The translations under genes and the position numbers were made by a program. A stretch of 62,054 nucleotides of DNA, filler included. It is 6 parts of 6 records of this genome, joined end to end, with 100 filler letters (N's around TTAATTAATTAA, not from the genome) between each part and the next. Parts side by side here need not be neighbours in the genome. Positions count along the whole stretch, not along the records: positions 54,400 to 62,054 come from DRR723986_20172; 5 more parts are not named here. One strand, written 5' to 3'. Below are positions 58,344-62,054 of this stretch, one piece after another; position 1 is the stretch's first letter; each line of letters starts with the position of its first letter. Under the pieces are notes generated by a model. The model worked only from the letters and a program-made list of their open reading frames with translations. It was not told the DNA's origin and ran no database searches.

Positions 58344-60329
58344 ATGCAAAGCAGCTCCAATCAGCATCCGCAGATCACTTCTGGCGATCCATATTGTAAC
58401 AGCCTGACGTCCTACTCGCGCTTCCGCACACGTGAAGTTATGATTGGTGACGTGCCGCTCGGCGCCGACAATCCGATCCGCGTGCAGTCGATGACTACTA
58501 CCGATACAATGGATACGGCCGGTACTGTGGCGCAAAGCATTCGCATGATTGAAGCCGGTTGTGAGTTTGTGCGCATTACGGCTCCGAGCCTCAAAGAAGC
58601 GCGCAACCTGGAAGTCATTCGCAAAGAGCTGCACCGCCAGGGCTACAAAACGCCGCTGGTGGCCGATATTCACTTTACGCCGAACGCGGCCGAACTTGCC
58701 GCGCGCATCGTTGAGAAAGTGCGTGTTAACCCCGGCAATTATGCCGACAAGAAAAAATTCCAATTGATAGAGTATTCCGACGCGCAGTACGAGGCCGAAA
58801 TCGAGCGGATTGCCGAGCGATTCACACCGCTAGTTAAAATTTGCAAGGAACATGGTACGGCCATGCGCATCGGCACCAACCACGGTTCGCTCTCCGACCG
58901 CATTATGAGCCGTTATGGTGACACGCCGCTCGGCATGGTGGAGTCGGCCATGGAGTTCCTGCGAATCTGCCGCGCCGAAAATTATCACGAGATCGTGCTC
59001 TCCATGAAAGCCAGCAACACGCAGATTATGGTTCAGGCATACCGTCTGCTGGTGGCGACGATGATGCAGGAAAACATGGATTATCCGCTGCATCTGGGCG
59101 TTACCGAAGCGGGTGATGGCGAGGATGGGCGCACGAAGTCCGCAGTTGGTATCGGCACACTGCTTGAGGACGGTTTGGGTGATACGGTTCGCGTTAGTTT
59201 AACGGAAGAGCCCGAGGCTGAAATTCCAGTGGCTCAGGCGCTCGTGGACCGTTATTCCACACGGGCCGGGCACGCAGCCATCAAATCTGTTAACACTTTG
59301 CCGTACGATCCATACAAGTATCGCAGACGCAGCACTGAGGCCGTAGAGCCCTTTGGCGGCTCGAATGTGCCACGTGTGATTGCCGATTTGGCGCAGCACG
59401 CCAAAATTACGCCCGCTTTGTTAAGTGGTGTCGGCTACAATTATTCGGTTCCGCTTGACAAGTGGAATATCAGCGATCTGGCCTGTGACGCTATTTATGT
59501 TGGCGCACATGCGCTCGACTTTGAAATTCCAGGCACCTTGCGTTTAATCGAAGATTATGCCGTATGGCAGTCGCGCCCACGGCGTGATAATGCCTGGCCG
59601 CTTGTAAATGTTAAGGAGTTCCTAAACGGGAATGCTCCGGAATCTGCAAGTTTTCTGTTAAATGTTAATACAGCCGATCTTGCGGACGAGTTGGTTAACA
59701 AACTCACGCAAAATAGCAGCGCCGTTGTGGTGCTTTCGACCAATAATGAACATGCAATGGCCGATATGCGTGCGGCCTTGAGTACGTTGATGAGTCGTGA
59801 TGTTAAACTGCCGCTTGTCTTGCGTTACGACTATCGCGAACTGGACAAAGATGCCTTATTGTTAAGTGCCGCTACGGACGCCGGTGGTTTACTGCTGGAC
59901 GGTATGGGGGATGGTTTGTGGCTCAGTGGTGGCACACATGTAAGTCACCGCAGTGTTAACTCTTACGGTTTTGGGATTCTGCAGGCGACGCGCACGCGTA
60001 TTTCGCGCACCGAGTATATTTCTTGTCCCTCCTGCGGGCGCACGCTGTTTGATCTTCAGGAAACAACGGCCATGATTCGTTCGCGCACGGATCATTTAAA
60101 AGGCGTAAAAATTGGCATCATGGGCTGTATTGTTAACGGGCCGGGTGAGATGGCGGACGCAGACTACGGATATGTCGGTTCGGGGCCCGGCAAAATCACA
60201 CTGTATCGCGGCCAGAACGTGGTCCGCAAAAACGTCGTCACCGAGGAAGCGGTGGACGCATTAATTGATTTGATTCGCGAGGACGGCGCTTGGATCGAGC
60301 CCTTGGTTCTTGAGCCCGAGGAAGTCTAG
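58344..60329 (+). CDS. ispG: (E)-4-hydroxy-3-methylbut-2-enyl-diphosphate synthase, long form with central insertion domain
   Basis: IRVQSMTTT, ADIHF, RVNPGN, RIGTNHGSLSDR, HLGVTEAG, C-terminal CPSCGR and MGCIVNGPGE. Confidence 0.97.
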   Translation: MQSSSNQHPQITSGDPYCNSLTSYSRFRTREVMIGDVPLGADNPIRVQSMTTTDTMDTAGTVAQSIRMIEAGCEFVRITAPSLKEARNLEVIRKELHRQGYKTPLVADIHFTPNAAELAARIVEKVRVNPGNYADKKKFQLIEYSDAQYEAEIERIAERFTPLVKICKEHGTAMRIGTNHGSLSDRIMSRYGDTPLGMVESAMEFLRICRAENYHEIVLSMKASNTQIMVQAYRLLVATMMQENMDYPLHLGVTEAGDGEDGRTKSAVGIGTLLEDGLGDTVRVSLTEEPEAEIPVAQALVDRYSTRAGHAAIKSVNTLPYDPYKYRRRSTEAVEPFGGSNVPRVIADLAQHAKITPALLSGVGYNYSVPLDKWNISDLACDAIYVGAHALDFEIPGTLRLIEDYAVWQSRPRRDNAWPLVNVKEFLNGNAPESASFLLNVNTADLADELVNKLTQNSSAVVVLSTNNEHAMADMRAALSTLMSRDVKLPLVLRYDYRELDKDALLLSAATDAGGLLLDGMGDGLWLSGGTHVSHRSVNSYGFGILQATRTRISRTEYISCPSCGRTLFDLQETTAMIRSRTDHLKGVKIGIMGCIVNGPGEMADADYGYVGSGPGKITLYRGQNVVRKNVVTEEAVDALIDLIREDGAWIEPLVLEPEEV

Positions 60330-60372
60330 TGTTGTTTAAGTCTGGTGTTTAACGCGTCTTTGGATGATAGCT

Positions 60373-60495
60373 CAGATTGCAGCGCCCTTCACCAGATTCG
60401 GGCTTGCTTTTTGATTTTTTTGTTTGGCATTGGGTTTGGAGACAGCAACAACTGAGTAAGTTCAGAATAGCTGCCAGTTAAGACCAACAGTCGCT
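60373..60495 (+). repeat. Dispersed repeat family, copy F
   Basis: CAGATTGCAGCGCCC...GGGCTTGCTTTTTGATTTTTTTGTTTG...GGGTTTGGAG...GTTCAGAATAGCTG; aligns with copies B, G and H. Confidence 0.7.
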
Positions 60496-60509
60496 GTACT
60501 AAAGGGAAC

Positions 60510-61493
60510 CTAACGCAGAATACTTAACATTTTGGACTTGAAATTGTTTCCGATTCTTACCTTCAAAATATAAATACCCACCTCCAAGTCATCCGTCGCA
60601 ACAGCTACGGTGTGGAGTCCGGCAGAAAATTCCCGCGGTGCTATCCGCTTGACTGTTAACCCACGCGGGTCTATCAGTTTGACCTGAACCCGCGCTTCAG
60701 TTTTCAATTCAAAATCAATGCTGAAATGGGTGTCGGCCGGATTTGGCGCAAGCTTAAGGGCAGTACTTGTGGGCTTGGTTTGATTTGCGAAAACGCTCGT
60801 AACAACATCACTGGTGTCACCAAACAATTGTCCATTGATGAATGCGCCGCGCAAGCGCCACTGGTGAACGTCGAGTCCCGGAACCGTCCACTCAAGCTCC
60901 TCAAAGCCGATCAATCCCAGCCCCGCCGTACTCTTGTATTCGAAATCATTGCAGGCTCCATAACACGGAAAGTAGGCCATATAACGCCATTCTTGCGTGG
61001 GGCAATCACCACGAAAACAAGCCATGCTGTTGTAATTGACTCTGGTACTCAAAGGGTAGCCGCCGTCGTGATAGTCTTCGTGAATGGGAGGGAAACACCA
61101 ATCAGCAAATGTATTGGATTTCAGCTCAGGCACATGATACAACATGCGCACCTGGCCTTCGCTACAACGATCTGAAAGTTCGTAAAAACTGGTCGGTGTG
61201 GCAGCCCACCATCTGTCGGAAAACTGATTGCCTTCATGATCTCGTGAGGTGACGCGGAACACTTGTTGCCCATTTATTTCAATCACTGAGTCAATTCGCA
61301 AGATTTGAGTCCAGTAGCGAATAACACCATCTATTTTCAGGTGCTCCCAATCGGCTTGTTTTTGGCGTCTATCACACTCGTAAACATAGACGTTGCCTAG
61401 TGCCAGATCCACAATCGGATGTTCCTGTGCGGCCAGTTCATTTGTGCCCAATAGAAAAATCAGACTAAGTGTTAGTAGTAGCAGATTAAGCAT
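60510..61493 (-). CDS. Secreted Cys-rich protein with T9SS type A sorting domain
   Basis: Signal peptide ending LAA-Q; LRGAFINGQLFGDT; C-terminal LAPNPA...LEVGIYILKV. Confidence 0.85.
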   Translation of the reverse strand: MLNLLLLTLSLIFLLGTNELAAQEHPIVDLALGNVYVYECDRRQKQADWEHLKIDGVIRYWTQILRIDSVIEINGQQVFRVTSRDHEGNQFSDRWWAATPTSFYELSDRCSEGQVRMLYHVPELKSNTFADWCFPPIHEDYHDGGYPLSTRVNYNSMACFRGDCPTQEWRYMAYFPCYGACNDFEYKSTAGLGLIGFEELEWTVPGLDVHQWRLRGAFINGQLFGDTSDVVTSVFANQTKPTSTALKLAPNPADTHFSIDFELKTEARVQVKLIDPRGLTVKRIAPREFSAGLHTVAVATDDLEVGIYILKVRIGNNFKSKMLSILR

Positions 61494-61648
61494 ATCGGAA
61501 CCATTTTGTTCAAGGTTTAGTCGGGTTGTGATCTGATTGCCCAATTACGTAAACAAAATAGTACAATTATCTGGCTCGTGGTCCTTACTTCCTGTAGGGC
61601 ACGTTTTTTTGCACTAAAGGCTGAGCGTTTGTGACACGGTAGCTATGC

Positions 61649-62054
61649 TTGCAGCGCCCTCACAAATTTCGGGCTCGCTTTTTGATGTTTTTGCTAGTTT
61701 TTGAGTCTGCAGATTTTAGAAATCGTGACAGTTCAGAACAGCTGTTAGCCTGTGGCTAACAGCTCAGTCTGGTGTGCCGAATGCTCCAGCCGCAGAAATC
61801 CAAGCCATAAAACCAGAAGTCTCTGATTTTGTGGCTGAGCGGTCGAGAATTCAGAGTTTGAGAGGTTGGAATCTTAGAATCTATAAAAGTTAAGTCTCTT
61901 ACAACAGCTGTTAGCCTATGGCTAACAGCTGTTGTGTTTTAGTAGGTTCACACGCTCTAATCCCCAAACCCAAAAACAGCCTCAACTACCCCAAACTCCA
62001 AACCCAAAAACTAACAAAAATAAACAGCAAGCGACCTGAGCAGCAGAGCTGGGA
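61649..62054. repeat. Inverted pair of dispersed-repeat ends (copy G 61649-61719 +, copy H 61996-62054 -) enclosing two REP-like palindromes
   Basis: AGCTGTTAGCC-TGT-GGCTAACAGCT (61740-61764) and ACAACAGCTGTTAGCC-TAT-GGCTAACAGCTGTTGT (61901-61935). Confidence 0.75.

Noticed and set aside
58344-60329. Unusually long IspG
   Set aside because: The insertion-domain form is already known from plants, Chlamydiae and Bacteroidota-related bacteria.
61740-61935. Possible CRISPR array from the repeated palindromes
   Set aside because: Only two copies, ~135 bp between them, no regular repeat-spacer period and no cas genes.

Overview
This window is not one locus. It is six unrelated contigs joined by 100-nt N/TTAATTAATTAA linkers. 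Taxonomic labels below are inferred from gene content. (1) 1-7303, Marinobacter-like gammaproteobacterium: thiC (partial), nudF, yqiB, cpdA, divergent metE/metR with two MetR boxes, gcvH, rlmI-like (partial). (2) 7404-15596, Rhodobacteraceae-like: fhs (partial), chorismate mutase, two tandem folD genes, membrane LytTR, Lhr-type helicase plus PdeM, a beta-hydroxyacid dehydrogenase and an ATPase (partial). (3, 4, 6) 15697-22221, 22322-33445 and 54400-62054, T9SS-bearing FCB-group bacteria (Kapabacteria/Ignavibacteria-like): queE, ugd, radA, msrC, glyA, ispG, T9SS cargo proteins, a RoxA-like dihaem lipoprotein and a soluble TPR histidine kinase. (5) 33546-54299, Pirellulaceae-like planctomycete: sdhCAB, hslVU, an MFS transporter and a four-gene MoxR-vWA-beta-propeller (bpX-type) putative conflict system. 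Best leads: the MoxR/vWA/TPR/propeller operon; an unannotated two-domain structured RNA (29251-29503) ahead of a small secreted-protein gene and the TPR kinase; a dispersed MITE/REPIN-like inverted-repeat family shared by contigs 3 and 6; and a FolD paralog whose substitutions predict a monofunctional, possibly NAD-linked dehydrogenase. No rRNA, tRNA or CRISPR array was recognised.
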